Shown: positions 23,258 through 37,188 of the stretch, in pieces
Layout: each line of letters opens with the position of its first letter
Position numbering within the stretch: the first letter of the stretch is position 1
DNA from: Hormiphora californensis
Lineage: Eukaryota > Animalia > Ctenophora
Direction of reading: 5' to 3'
Assembly (NCBI GenBank): GCA_020137815.1
Contig: CM035352.1
Coordinates: 1,054,001-1,118,000, forward strand
DNA: 64,000 nucleotides
Made by a program: the position numbers and the translations under genes
Notes under the pieces: generated by a model
The model's input: the letters and a program-made list of their open reading frames with translations, nothing else
What the model was told of the DNA's origin: nothing
Database searches by the model: none

Positions 23258-25377
23258 ATGGCTGTTTCACCTCTCATCAGAAGTGGTTTTGAAAAATACG
23301 CACAGGGTGGAAGCGAGATTGGTGTGGCCGCAGTCAAGGATTTGTTCCTCGTCAACTTAATTCCTCTCAGTCACCCCGTTGTAGGTAGGACAAACCAAAC
23401 CAAACCAAACCAAACCAAACCAAACCAAACCAAACCAAACCAAACCAAACCAAACCAAACCAAACCAAACCAAACCAAACCAAACCAAACCAAACCAAAC
23501 CAAACCAAACCAAACCAAACCAAACCAAACCAAACCAAACCAAACCAAACCAAACCAAACCAAACCAAACCAAACCAAACCAAACCAAACCAAACCAAAC
23601 CAAACCAAACCAAACCAAACCAAACCAAACCAAACCAAACCAAACCAAACCAAACCAAACCAAACCAAACCAAACCAAACCAAACCAAACCAAACCAAAC
23701 CAAACCAAACCAAACCAAAACCAAACCAAACCAAACCAAACCAAACCAAACCAAACCAAACCAAACCAAACCAAACCAAACCAAACCAAACCAAACCAAA
23801 CCAAACCAAACCAACCAAACCAAACCAAACCAAACCAAACCAAACCAAACCAAACCAAACAACCAAACCAAACCAAACCACACCAAACCAAACCAAACCA
23901 AACCAAACACCAAACCAAACCAAACCAAACCAAACCAAACCAAACCAAACCAAACCAAACCAAACCAAACCAAACCAAACCAAACCAAACCAAACCAAAC
24001 CAAACCAAACCAAACCAAACCAAACCAAACCAAACCAAACCAAACCAAACCAAACCAAACCAACCAATACCAAACCAAACCAAACCAAACCAAACCAAAC
24101 CAAACCAAACCAACCAAAACCAAACCAACCAAAACCAAACCAACCCAAACCAAACCAACCAATACCAAACCAAACCAAACCAAACCAAACCAAACCAAAC
24201 CAACCAAACCAAACCAACCAAACCAAAACCAGAACCAAACCAAACCAAACCAAAATGCCCAGTACCAAACGAAACCAAACCAAACAAACCAAACCAAACC
24301 AAACAACCAAACCAAACCAAACCAAACCAAACCAACCAAACCAAACCAAACCAAACCAAACCAAACCAAACCAAACCAAACCAAACCAAACCAAACCAAA
24401 CCAAACCAAACCAAACCAAACCAAACCAAACCAAACCAAACCAAACCAAACCAAACCAAACCAAACCAAACCAAACCAAACCAAACCAAACCAAACCAAA
24501 CCAAACCAAACCAAACCAAACCAAACCAACCAAACCAAACCAAACCAAACCAAACCAAACCAAACCAAACCAAACCAAACCAAACCAAACCAAACCAAAC
24601 CAAACCAAACCAAACCAAACCAAACCAAACCAAACCAAACCAAACCAAACCAAACCAAACCAAACCAACCAACCAAACCAAACCAAACCAAACCAAACCA
24701 AACCAAACCAAACCAAACCAAACCAAACCAAACCAAACCAAACCAAACCAAACCAAACCAAACCAAACCAAACCAAACCAAACCAAACCAAACCAAACCA
24801 AACCAAACCAAACCAAACCAAACCAAACCAAACCAAACCAAACCAAACCAAACCAAACCAAACCAAACCAAACCAAACCAAATCAAACCAAACCAAACCA
24901 AATCAAACCAAACCAAACCAATTCCAGTTGCTCTGTTTGACGAAGTGAGAGACAAGACATCCTTCACACTTGAAGAGGTCAGGGATTTGTTTTGCAAAGC
25001 AAAGCAGCAGCTAGGTGGGTATATTGATAGACTGGAGCTGTTTGATAAATACGATACAAACTCTGATGGATTTATCTCCCGGGTTAGTACTAAAACTTGT
25101 AGCTTTAAAGGCCCTTTTGGTGTCACGTCGAACGTCCCAAAACATCTGACTAGGACTATTATTACTTCTATGGGAGTGCCACATCTCGTTGACTAACCAC
25201 GCCCCCCCCTTCTACCAGGAGGATATGAAGATATGTCTGAGGGACGACGAGTATTACAAAGAGGAAGAACTGGACACAGTCATTGATCTGGTGATGTTGT
25301 TTGGAGATGTCAACAAGGATGACCGGTTAAACTACAGAGAGTTCGTCAGGATGCTCAAAGATGTTCCCTTGGAATAG
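23258..25377 (+). CDS. Calmodulin-like EF-hand protein, 146 aa, 3 exons
   Basis: Exons 23258-23384, 24928-25082 and 25219-25377 splice in frame (441 nt). Canonical EF loops LFDKYDTNSDGFISREDM and FGDVNKDDRLNYREFVRML; the N-terminal pair is degenerate. Confidence 0.88.
23391..24920. repeat. (AAACC)n pentanucleotide satellite, about 1.5 kb, filling intron 1 of the EF-hand gene
   Basis: Near-pure array between the donor GTAGGA (23385) and the acceptor ATTCCAG (24927). Confidence 0.97.
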
Positions 25378-25691
25378 ACCGAGCTGTTACCATGGTTACC
25401 ATTATGGTTAACATTGGTTAGAGATGTTACCATGGTTACCAATGCTGAAATGAAACATTAAAACACGTATAAGTTTGTTTTAGTACCGCGTTATACACGG
25501 GTTACAAGTCAAGTCAGAATTTATTATTTATGACACAGAGAATATTGTAATACACATATTTTATGACACGGAGAAATGTATAAATATATCAACAGGATGC
25601 TGTCTCTTTTTGACCTGTTCAAGTATTATTTATATTTTATTTAGCACAATCAACCAAACATATTCAAATTAATTCTAGCCCTACTGAGTGT

Positions 25692-27341
25692 TCATTTCCC
25701 AAGAAGAGGACCCACCTCGCCACACTTCCTGCCCAACTGTTCCTCCCTAAACTGATTAAGTGGTGCCATTAAGATAAACACGGGGGTGATCACCCCAACA
25801 AGGGCCGCTGCTGTAATGTCTATGACGTGATGGAAGTGGTCCTGAAGTCGTGTTAGGGCTACCCAGGTTGCTGCGGAGAGGAGGAGACATTGTACCAGGA
25901 ACCGGAGTGAGAATAACCTGGCAGGAGAGAGAGGGGTTAGAGATTTGACTACTGGAGCCAGTAAGAACAAGTGAGGAATATGGAGGCTCGGGCAGATGAC
26001 TCATCTGATGAGGCATGAATAACAGTAGGCATATTTAGGCAAGAAGATATTTTTGATTCACAACTCTCGAGGCCTAAACCCTAGTCCTAAACCTAAAGTT
26101 TCGGGGTTGTTTCCTAGATTATTAATTTTTACCTCTGTTTATTGGATAGGTCGGTGTAGTGTAACAGTAAACAGCAAACAGTCGCAGCATAGAAGGCAGT
26201 AAGGGTATGTCCACTGTAGAAACTCATACAGAAATACTCGAAGTTCTGGTTCTGGCAGACCTCTGTGGTTAGCAGAGCGTGTGGATCGCCCCGTGTAATA
26301 TCCTCTACCATGGTCATGTTGGGCTGGCACATATAGCCAAGAAACAGGGTCTGAGCTCCCCGGCATTGTGCTTTACGAACCCCAGGAAGACTAGGTTCAT
26401 GAGGTAGCCTAGCTAGGATGTAGTAGCCCACATAGAGGAGCCTGAATATCTTGATGTCAAACTAGATACCAGATCCTGTCTCCGAAGTTTATCATGACCT
26501 GTTGTAGAGAGAAAACGGCTTGGAAATGGAGGTGGGTAGATTAAAGGTAATTAGTGGAGATTTAGGAGTGGATTTTTTAGGTGAGAATTAGATCATAATT
26601 ATCGGAGAATTATACCTGGTTGACAGGTGCAGGTCGGAGCATTGCAAATGCCACCAAACACACAAGGGTTAGGAATCCAAAAACCATTAGCTCTTTAGTG
26701 TGTTTTACTTGCTGTTTAGCGTACGGCCACTGTGGGGAGATATGTTTAGTAAGGGGAGTGGGAGCCGGGAGAGGAGAAGGGAAATGGTTTACTGCTAAGG
26801 CACGGGTTGTCTAGTTTGTACGGTCGATCCTCCTTCAATTATTTTGAAGAAAGCTAGTCAGAAAAGGACACGAATCACAAATTGCGATTCACAAGTTAAA
26901 TCTACCTAGATCAATCTACCTACCTAGCACAAATCACAAAAGATCTACCTACCTAGATCAACCTACCTACCTACCTACAAATCACAAAAGATCTACCTAC
27001 CTAGATCAACCTACCTACCCATCACAAATCACAAAAGATCTACCTACCTAGATCAACCTACCTACCCATCACAAATCACAAAAGATCTACTTACCGATAC
27101 AAATACAAAAAGTGTTTTAACTTACCGATATGTATGGATCATCTATCCGAAACTCTGAGCAGTGAGTGTCCATGTGAACATAACCCTTTATTGACAGAGG
27201 TACAAACACGGCAGTACCGATAATGAAAATCGTAGTGAGGAGGAAGAAACATGGGCTGAGTTGGATTTCTCGGCGTTCAAACATCTCTCGATCAGGCTGG
27301 TCCTCTGGGGCGTCGGTAGAGGGGATCTGATAGTTGTGCAT
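25692..27341 (-). CDS. PLPP: Lipid phosphate phosphatase (PAP2/PLPP family), 4 exons
   Basis: C1 motif KHNAGELRP, C2 SFYSGHT, C3 TRLQDHFHHVID, N-terminal DDPYIS|WPY and several hydrophobic helices. Approximate exons 27341-27126, 26729-26616, 26499-26133 and ~26004-25692. Small indels in exon 3 are probably sequencing errors. The symbol is family-level only. Confidence 0.88.
26873..27130 (-). repeat. ~47-bp intronic tandem repeat next to the PLPP exon-1 donor
   Basis: Unit CACAAATCACAAAAGATCTACCTACCTAGATCAACCTACCTAC. ACTTACCGATA (minus-strand TCG|GTAAGT donor) occurs at both ~27089 and ~27120. Confidence 0.85.
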
Positions 27342-28404
27342 GGTGTGAGGAGGAGGGGCAGCAATATCAATATTAGGAAAATGTAGTGCGGGTGTAAAGC
27401 AATGTTTATTGTTTCCCTAAACCACAAGCAACCCCTCAAGACTCCCCCTGAGCAATATTTTAATTATCTGATCTATAGTTCTTACTTTGTAGGGGCCTAG
27501 CAGCGGCCGCTGCGAGGACTATCTGTCAGGCCAATGCTCTGACAGAGAGATATTGTATCCTGCTAAGTGCTAAGATTGTTCTTACCTTATATGAGTTACA
27601 ACTAAGTCGAAGGGCAGGTGGTTTAGCAAAAGTGGTGGATTCTGAGATATCAGCGAAGAGTATCATAAACAAGAGATACGGAGTTGTGAACTCTGGACCA
27701 TTTGAGTGTCCTGATATGGGCCGCCACACCGTGGAGAAATTTGACTCTGAGTAGAGGGAGTGTCGGGAAAGAGAGGGAGAGAGGGAGATAGAGGGAGAGA
27801 GAGTGAGAGAGATATAGAGAGGGAGAGAGAGATGGAGAGTGACACTATAGTTCTCAAACAAGCATCATGTAGCAAGCTGGGAGGGTCGGGTTAAGTTTCA
27901 TGGGATAATACAGGATTTAGAACGAGCCTCAGTTAGGCCCATGCTCGGACCACGGTTCTCGAGAGCTCCTTATTAATTGAAAGAAATTAGAATAGGGTGA
28001 GGCCAATGCTCTGGAAGAGCCTGGGCCAATTTTTATGTTCTAACCCTCCTTTACAATATTTGGGGCGCGGTGATGAGAGTGGATCAAGAAAGGCAACCTT
28101 AGCCTAGTCTTTTATCTAGACGAGTGTCTTTCTGACCAGTTTTGTACTGTCTCACGAAACAACCACGGATCATAACTACAAAACTATCGATCTGATTTAT
28201 ACCATTTTGGTTCACAAAATTCAAAAGACGGGTTTTGCCAAGGTGGTAAGGATATGTGAAAGTATCATTACAAAACAATTCTGTCAATTCTGACACAGCA
28301 TGAGCACAAAACAAAGTCTTTGTCGCTCGACGAATGATCTAGATCTCGGATTCAACTGAAAATCTCTCAGAAACACAACACATGTTTATTGAAAAAATAT
28401 TCTC

Positions 28405-29317
28405 TCAGTCCTCATTCCTGTACGTTGTCCGTAGTGATCGTTCCTTAGCAACCATCAGGTCATATAACTCCTCCATTACGTCACTAACATCATCCTCCTC
28501 ATAACGTGACGTCACCAGTGTAACATTATGTAACGGGTGTAGGGAGCGAGTTGTGCAGAACGGGAAGGTTGTTCCATATCACACTGAGGGAGGAGGGGGA
28601 GGATTAGAGCTTGAAAAGGGGCTAGAGTTTGGAAAAATACAGGGGCTAGAGTTTGAAAAGATACAGGGGCTAGAGTTTGGAAAGATGTAGGGGCTAGAGT
28701 ATGGGAAGGGGGCTAGATTTTGGAATGGGGCTAGAGTTTGGAAAGATACAGGGGCTAGAGTTTGGAAAAATACAGGGGCTAGAGTTTGAAAAGATACAGG
28801 GGCTAGAGTTTGGAAAGATGTAGGGGCTAGAGTTTGGAAAAATACAGGGGCTAGAGTTTGAAAAGATACAGGGGCTAGAGTTTGGAAAGGGAGTTAAAGT
28901 TTGGATAGCTGGAAAAGTTATTTATTATTTCTCTTACTTTGTTCTCGAGGAGGGGCTAATATCAGAAAGCATCCTGAGAGTTTCTTCCACGTGTGCTTCA
29001 TTCACTGCTGCAGATCTGGTTGATCTGTGTCTCTTTTTAGGGTAGTGTTGGGGCTGCTCTTCCGTCTGGACGTCAACTGGGCATGGTCTTTTGAATCTGG
29101 AGAGAGCGTGTGTTAGTGTTAAAAAAGGATTGAAATGAGTTTGGAAGTATGAATATTGAATATACCCCAGCCTTCGGATTTGATTTTAATTTGCTTGAAA
29201 TTAATCGTATTGTCAAATAAAGTTACCTTGAGTTTTCTACAGGGGAGGGTACTGCAGTCTGCAGACAATGATGTGTCGATCGGGAGTAGGGACAGAATCG
29301 GACAACCTTCTTGTGGA
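28405..29317 (-). CDS. Uncharacterised multi-exon protein (partial)
   Basis: GT-AG exons ~29317-29226 (LHKKVVRFCPYSRS..) and ~29096-28938 (RFKRPCPVDVQTEEQ..EETLRMLSDISP) join in frame. The last exon ~28583-28405 needs a frameshift to reach RYEEDDVSDVMEELYDLMVAKERSL. No family recognised. Confidence 0.4.
28616..28891. repeat. 24-bp intronic minisatellite GGGGCTAGAGTTTGGAAAAATACA
   Basis: About 11-12 imperfect copies seen directly. Confidence 0.9.
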
Positions 29318-29476
29318 GCTGCATGGTACCAGAAGCAGATTTAACCATAGTTTTTTACGCTAAAACAAGATAAAGATTAGTTATCAATGTAGTGTCAAAG
29401 ATGCAGTGATGGTCTCGTGAGGGACCAGAAAACGAGAAGGGCTGAGAAACATCTACATGAGAATTGAGAGAGGGAG

Positions 29477-29566
<90 letters not shown>

Positions 29567-29672
29567 GCATACTAGAGAGACGAAGTGAAGGATAGTCGAG
29601 TAGCAGGCAGGTGAGAACAAGCGGCTTTAGCACGCCTGTACTAACAAGTGTAACATGGCATAGCAGTGTCCT

Positions 29673-29801
29673 AGTACATGTGTCTACTAGATCTACAGCA
29701 GCTAGTATAACATGTGTCTACTAGATCTACAGCAGCGAGTACATGTGTCTACTAGATCTACAGCAGCGAGTACATGTGTCTACTAGATCTACAGCAGCTA
29801 G
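29673..29801. repeat. ~31-35-bp tandem repeat AGTACATGTGTCTACTAGATCTACAGCAGC, 4 copies
   Basis: Direct inspection. Confidence 0.9.
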
Positions 29802-30159
29802 TGTCTCGGTACAGCAGGTAGTATACAAAACTTGGCAGTTCGACTAGAGGGGAAGTGGGGGAGTGGAGCCACTGGTCTGCATATCTGGTGGCTGATTAGA
29901 TGTGTGAGTGAGGTCGATTCTGCAGTTGTTTAGTGATTAGGGGCGGAAAACGAGGGAGTGGGCCACTACAATAAAAGTGGGGCGGATAGAAAAATTATAT
30001 CCAATTTAAACCCACACCTAACTGACCACACAGTGTGTGGGGTCAGTTAGGTGTGCCCAGTGCCCACACCCAGGCAGTAATTAGTTAACGGGATGTGCAG
30101 CTGTACGCTGCTCGAGAAAAGCTTTGTATCACACACAAGCTGCAAGATATCTCGTTTCC

Positions 30160-31937
30160 TTTTCTTCTCCTTTTCTTCTATTATTTTTAATTTAAACCCC
30201 TCTAGTTTTTTTATATCCCCTTTACCCCCCTTTTTTCCAAAAAAAGTGGCGTAGAAATAATCCCAAAAAAACCCCCTTTCCCCGAACACGTGTTGGGGGG
30301 GGAGGAAAAGGGGAGAAGAAGGGAGGAGGAGGGAGAAAAAAAAAAGGAGAAGGGGGTTCCCCCTTTTTTTTTTTCCAAAATAAAACCTGACTCTCTCTCC
30401 TAATGGACACCCCTTTCGTCCCAGTTGGCAAAATGCCCCCCTCCTAAAACCCTCCCCCCCCCGTGCCGATTGATGGAAAGAAAGGGGCGGGGAAGGGGGG
30501 GCCCCTTGGGGGGGGAAAAAAAAACGGGGGGGGTATGGGCAATTTTTTTGATTCTAAATTTTAAACCCCCGATTTTTAAAGGAGGGGGTGGGGGTTTTTT
30601 TTAGGCCTTTTAAAGCGGCCCAAAAAAAAAAAAAAATTTTTCAAACAATTGTTTTTGTTTTCATTTCCCTTTAAAATTTTGGGAAAAACAACCCAAAAAT
30701 TTTCTTAATAACCCCCCCATAAGGGAGGGGCCCCGGGCTTCCCCCGGTTTATGCGGTTCTCGTTTTTAAACTTACGGTTTTTTCCCCTTTGGGAAAACAA
30801 GGGAAAGCCTTTGGGTTTACTTTTTTGAAATTTTAGGCGGTAGGGGAAAAACGGGGGCCCCGGGAAAGGGAAGAATAGAGGGGAAAAGACTCGAAAAGGG
30901 GAAGAATTAAAAGGGAAAGAGAGAGGGGGAAGGGGAAGGAAGGGCTCTTTTTGGGTTATTTTTCCCCCCTTTTTCTTTTTTACTCTGGGTTAGGAAAACC
31001 CGGGGGGTAAAAGGGGGGGTTTGATTTCTTTATAGTGTATGATCCCCGCCCACTTTCACTTTTTTTAAAACCTCTCACTTCAGTCACTACAAAGGAAAAA
31101 AAAACAACGTGTCAGAATGAGTAAAAACTAGGGTCCAAATAATTTTCGCCATTCTCAATTTCACCAGGCTCATTCCCTCTCTCATTCTTTTTTTCCTTAT
31201 TATGGGCCCTCTCTCTATCTCAGCTTTATGATGTCAATTAATTTAGTGCATAGTTAGCACCACAGTGCCTAGGACGCACATCTCTCTGTTTATAATATTT
31301 ATCTCTCTCTCTATCTTCTTCTCTTCCTCTATCTCTCTTTCTTCTTCCTCCTTTCCCCTTCCCCCCTCCTTTATCAGGGCGTGGAAATTTCAAAAAGGGA
31401 TTTTAAGAGCGAAGAAAGGAAAAAGGGGTTTTTAATTTTTTTAAAAGCAAAAAAAACCCCAGGGGAAAAAAAGAAAGGTTTTTTTTCCCCCCCTGAAGGA
31501 AAAAAGGGGGGAAGAAAAAGGGGGGGGGGGAGATAAAAGAGTTTAAAAAAAAGGGTTGCTTTTTTAAAAATAAAAGTTTTTTAAAAAAAACAAGCGAAAA
31601 ATTGGGGGGACAAAAACAAAAACAAACACAAACAAAAAAAAAAAAAACCAAAAAAAAAAAAACCCCCAAAAAAAAAAAACAAAAAAAAAAAACCCAGGAA
31701 AAACACAAAAACAAAAAAAAAAAACAAATTTTTTTTTTTTTGTTTTGTGGGGGGGTTTTTTTTTTTTTGGGGGGTTTTTTTTTTTTTTTGGGGGAAATTT
31801 TTGGGGGGGTTTTAGTGTGTTGTTTTTTGGGTTTTTTTTTTTGTAATGTTTGGTTTTTTTTTTTCCCCCGGGGGTTTTTTTTTTTTTTTTTGGGGTTTTT
31901 TTTTTTTTTGTTTTGGGGTTTTTTTTTCCCCCCCCAA

Positions 31938-31973
<36 letters not shown>

Positions 31974-32140
31974 TTTTTTTTTTTTTTTTTTGGGGGTAAA
32001 ATTTTTTCCCCTTCCCTTTTTAAAATTTTTGGGGGGGGGAAAGGGGGGGGTTTTTTTTTTAAAAAAAGGGGGGGGGTGTTTTTTCTTTTTTTTTGTTTTT
32101 TTTTTTTTTTTTTAAAAAAAAGGGGGGGGGGGGAAAATTA
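30160..32140. other. Homopolymer-rich low-complexity segment, probable low-quality assembly
   Basis: Long A/T/G/C runs with no codon or repeat structure. Similar tracts occur at ~8150-8700, ~35000-35500 and ~51900-54450. Confidence 0.7.
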
Positions 32141-33005
32141 AAAAGAAGGTTCGCTTTTAAAGACTAAGTTAGCTTAACAAAGGATCAATAGAGCGAATAA
32201 TGGAGGGATCGAGAGAGAGTGCTGGGACTAATAGATCGAGAGAGATTGCTGGGACTAAGAGGTGGGCGAAAGACAAAAGGAGAATGCACCTGTGAGAGGG
32301 ATCATTTACAGCTGCAGCACACAATAACATGGAGCGAGAAATGAGAATTTAGTAGGACGTCGCGTGTGGGAGAGAGGGGGGATGGCTGAGTGAGAGAGAC
32401 TTGAGAGAGGGGGGATGGCTGAGTGAGAGAGACTTGAGAGGTGGATGGCTGTGAGTGATAACGAGTCTCCTATTACACGAATATCTGAACTACCAAGCGG
32501 GGCTGGCTGGCTAGCAGAGAGCGACCCCCTCACCGCACTTTATCTAGGGGAAATCCGAAATGAGAAGCAAGATTGAGAGAGAAGAGGAGGAAGCCGCACA
32601 ACAATTTACACTCAGATAGTGATCAATATAATAGCTGGGGTTTGAAACTACAAACAATAGATCCCACGGGGAGCTGACAAATTTGATGTCAATTTGTCGC
32701 TTCCAAGCTGTCCCAGGCGTGGGGTGGGGTGTGAAACAAGAAGTAGAAGAAGTCTGGTTGTTGCCGACCACTCCCCCGACCCCTAGACCACCTAACTAGA
32801 TTGGTTACAATTGACGAAACAACGGCTGCGGCGAGACACGAAAGGAGTTGCTAAATGCTGTCGGAGCTAAATTGCTAAATCCTAACGTGTTACAAAATAG
32901 AAATCGTATAGGTGGAAGATGGGGAGAAGTAGCAAGGAGTGTCGGACATTAACCACTATTAGGAAGGAATCAATATAGAGTTGAAGTTAGAGAGAGAGAG
33001 AGAGG

Positions 33006-33064
<59 letters not shown>

Positions 33065-33998
33065 GGAGAAAGAGAGAGAGAGAGAGAGAGAGGGAGAAAG
33101 AGAGAGATCAAAGAATGATGCAGAGATCAGAGAGGTAGATGGGACAGGAAATTGGCCAGGATCAGAGCGGTTACTGTCAGTAGATGGTTGAACGCGATAA
33201 TGATGATCGATTAGCGATCAATGAATTGGGTGGAGCAGCCCACCCGTCTCTCACTCTCTCCGGTCTCTCTCCCTCTCTCCTCTCTCTCTCTTACCACCAC
33301 CACGATGGTGGGGAGGAAGGGTGTCTCGAGGGTGTGGATCAGAGAGAGAGAGAGATAGTCGGATAATGAGGGAGAGAGGGGGAGAGAGAAAAGATAGCAT
33401 TCTAGCTGTGACTCCACTGTGGCTGCGGCATGCAGGAGCTGCATGCGAGCTAGAGAAAGCTATATTCTTAGCGACCTCTCACCACATTGCTAATTTAGAA
33501 ACACAGGTAAGAATGGGATATGGATCAGGAACGGTGGGTGAAGTGAGAAAGATAGCGAGATAGAAAAAGAAATAAAGAAAGAGAGAAAGAAAGAGAGAGA
33601 GAGATGGAACGAGGGAGAGAATGAAGGAATATCTGCAAAGCTAAAGAAGAACTCTTGCGGTAAGCTATTATAATACAACCACAAACTGATTTATAAAGTG
33701 ATGCATGTTTAAATAGCAGCATATAACATCACCAACCGAACGCGTCTCTCTCAGAATAGACTCAGAAAGAGTATGTGTGGGAGAGAGAACTACTAAAAAT
33801 GGAAGGGTATCAGTTCGGAAGGGGGATAGTTCAGGATAGAGTGATCAGGGTGAATAAGAAAGAGGGCTCACCCCTCTCATTACACAATCACATGGAAATA
33901 CGGGGGCCGGGACACTGTGAGTGGTGTAGGATCACACTTAGTAATATAGTGAGAGAGAGTGAGAGAGAGAGGAAGTGTTCTCTCTCTCCCTCTCCTTT

Positions 33999-34077
<79 letters not shown>

Positions 34078-34596
34078 GTATGAACAATACAACAACTCTC
34101 TCCCTCTCTCATGAGGGAAGAGAAAATAGCTGCACAAGAAGCGTTCAAATTGGGCCTCAGGGTTGCCTTGCATGACTCTACTAGCAAGGTGATTGGGGTT
34201 AAATTAGAAGGCAGGTGTTTGGTAAATTCCACCCCCCTCTCTCTCTCTCTCTCTCTCCTGAAGAATTATGGAGATCTCTATTGACCCTTTAAATCAGTGC
34301 AGGGGACAATGCAATTAATTCTCCTGTCCCCAACTTATTAACTAATCCGACTAATTCGGCAGCTGTCCTTGTTATGGTAACGATGCCGTCCAAAGAAACG
34401 ATGGAATTCTATGGGGAGAGATGCTGTAAGAATGGGGGGAGGTAGGGAGGTGCTGTGAGAATTCAATAGGGGCTAGGGAGAGGGAGAAGAGAGATTTGTA
34501 ATGAAATTCAAACAGGAACAGTGTGGTGGATACACAATTGCGAGGGGATGCAGTTAGTTATTCATGAGTTGCGCATTAATTGATTCAGTGGGGAGG

Positions 34597-34629
<33 letters not shown>

Positions 34630-36112
34630 TCTGTGAAGGAGGAAAAGGGTTTAGAGAGAGCGAGAGAGCGAGAGAGAGAGAAGGACGAGAGAGAAAGGGG
34701 AGAATGGCCCTGCTTTTTACCTGTTCATCTAACAGGGGCTCGGGACAGACAGAGAAGAAAAGGAAATCTGAATAAAAATGAGATGGAGAGACAGTCTCGA
34801 GACGGTCTTGAGGAGGTTGGAGAGCGATAGAAGAGACATCGTAATGACCAAAAAGAAAAACTATTTAGAGGTTGAATTATCATATATTTACCGTAAATAA
34901 TCTTAATAAGAAAACTTAGTTTGGGTGTTCACTGTTTAAAAATGTCGTTGTCCCCCAAATGATCCCTGAAAACAACAAACAAACCGGACTCGAAAAAGTT
35001 CCCCAAACGGGATGAATCACTTTTCTCGTCCCCCTCTTCTTTCTCTCTCTCTCCTTTTTCCTCCTTTTCCTCCCTTCTTTTTTTTTTCTTTCCTTTTTCC
35101 TTCCCTCTTCCCCGGTTCCCCAAAAAAAAGGGGGTTTGAGAAAAGAAACTTTGGAAAGGGGGGGAGTTTTTTTGGAAGGGGAAAGGAGGGGAAAGGTAAA
35201 ATAGGGGGGAGAAAATTTGAGAGATGCTTAGAGATAAAAAAGAGGAATGAGGACAGGGAGTGAGGGCATGGGGGTTTTTATAAACAGTAGGGCGTGAGAT
35301 GTTTTTGTTCACCCGGGGTAGGCTCAAACCCCCCTTGAAAAAGGGGCAAAAAACCATCCATCGCCACTGGGGGCAGGGAAAAAGGGAAGGGGGGGGGGGG
35401 TGGGGTTTTTGGGGGGGGTTTTTGGTGGGGGGAAGGGTGGGGGGGCGGTGGGCGGGCCGGTTTTCTTTGGGGGGCTTTTAACAAAACAAGACTTCACAAA
35501 TTTCTAGGGAAACCCCTTTTAAACCGGGGGCCGGAATAAAATGTCTAAAAAAACAAAGAGCTGAAGAATTATCAAACCCATCAAAATTTAAATTTTGGTA
35601 ACAACTAAGGTTTTTGGGTGGAAAAAAAGTTAATGAAACGACCCAAAAATTACGTAAAGGACAAGACCAAAGGTGCTAAAAATTCGGATAAAGTTATGTT
35701 TTTTACAGCGTTGAGGGGCCCATTAGCATCTCAATTTCTATTTCCCCCTCCTCTTCTCTCTCTCCTCTCCTCTCTTTTTCCTCTCTCTCTCTCCCCCCCC
35801 CCTCCCCCTACACCAACAACGAATTCTTATTTTTTAATAATTTATCAGCTTATGACGACTCTAGTTAAGAAACGGGAGGGGTGTCTATTATGGGACTATC
35901 GTACATGGCTTCCAAAGACAAAAGAGGAAATCAAGCAGGAGAACTAAAAGGGGATCCTGCAGCAGGGAGAGTGACTAGGCGCCAACGAGGCTCCCGGTCC
36001 CAAAGTTGATGGAGGGCTATCAAAAACTAAACTACGGGGGAACTAGCTTGCTATTCTCGCATCCCGCTGCTAACAGCTATATTTCGCACATCATAGGGAA
36101 GGAGTGAGAGAG

Positions 36113-36145
<33 letters not shown>

Positions 36146-36884
36146 AGCAACAACAAAAGCTGTCCAAGCAAGCGGCGGGCCCCAACCCGACGCCAGCAAG
36201 TTACTTGTCATCGACCTGTGAATTAGCTAGAGACATGTCCCTCCCTCTCCCTCGCTATCTGTACTCCTTTGTCCCTCGACTACCCTCAACCTTCACCACT
36301 CTCTCTCTCCTCTTTTCCTCCTTCTCTTTTTTTTCCCCCCTCTTTCCCCCCCCTCCTCTCCCTTCCCTTTTTTTTGCTCTTACTCCTCACTTTTTCCCCT
36401 TCTTTCCCCTTACTCTCTCCCCCTCCTTCTCTAAAATTTGGAGCATTTTGTACAATGGAAAAGGGGGCCCGGGGTTTTATCACGTGACTTTCAATTGTCA
36501 CGTGACACCCCTTGATTACCGACGAGGGGGTTTTTAGCACCAATTTTGTAAAAGCTCGAGAGTCTTTAGGTTTGGGTCCACTAAATGCGGGAGAGAGAGG
36601 GGGGAGGAAGGAGAGAGAGGAGAGGGAGATGGGAGGAGAGATTTAATGACGGAGAGATAGCTGATTACAAAGATTGGAGCGGAGTAGTCAGTGGTGTGTG
36701 ATCAGCAAATGGATGTCAAAAAGTTTCGTGGAGGTGGGGTGCATTTCAAGCGCTTAAAAAGGCTTGCAAGGGTGCTATATTGGCACATCTGATCCAAACG
36801 GAGAGAGAAGATGGAGGAGAGTGATGTACGGAGGAAGAGAGAGAGGAGAGAGAAGAGAAGAGACGAGAGAGAGATGGAGAGAGT

Positions 36885-36993
<109 letters not shown>

Positions 36994-37090
36994 TGGAGAG
37001 ATATGGAGAGAGAGAAAGGACTAGCATTTGAAGAAGCTCCATCTCTATCTCTCTACCTCTGCTTCACCACTCACTATTTCCATATTTCTC

Positions 37091-37188
37091 CTGTCAGGCC
37101 AATGCTCTGACCACAGTTCTCGCGCGCTCCGCGTGCAGAACGGGAAATTTGAGAGAAACGAGAATGGGTCAGGCCAAAGCTCTGACAG
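37091..37188. mobile_element. 98-bp mini-element bounded by direct copies of the GTCAGGCCAATGCTCTGAC motif (family representative)
   Basis: Related copies at 11160-11229, 22113-22162 (reverse), ~27930-28017 and 41491-41614 (reverse), with a solo motif at 27523-27545. Confidence 0.7.

Noticed and set aside
23213-25196. 300-590 aa ORFs (TKPNQ)n / (LVWFG)n
   Set aside because: Translations of the (AAACC)n satellite, which lacks stops in any frame; the real gene splices it out.
26130-26500. PLPP (and other genes) as pseudogenes or programmed frameshifts
   Set aside because: Indels mostly fall in dinucleotide or homopolymer runs across several unrelated genes while catalytic motifs are intact, which is best explained by sequencing error.
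31403-32115. Poly-K / poly-F ORFs and apparent A-rich/T-rich mirror symmetry
   Set aside because: Homopolymer noise typical of low-quality reads; no exact inverted repeat could be verified.
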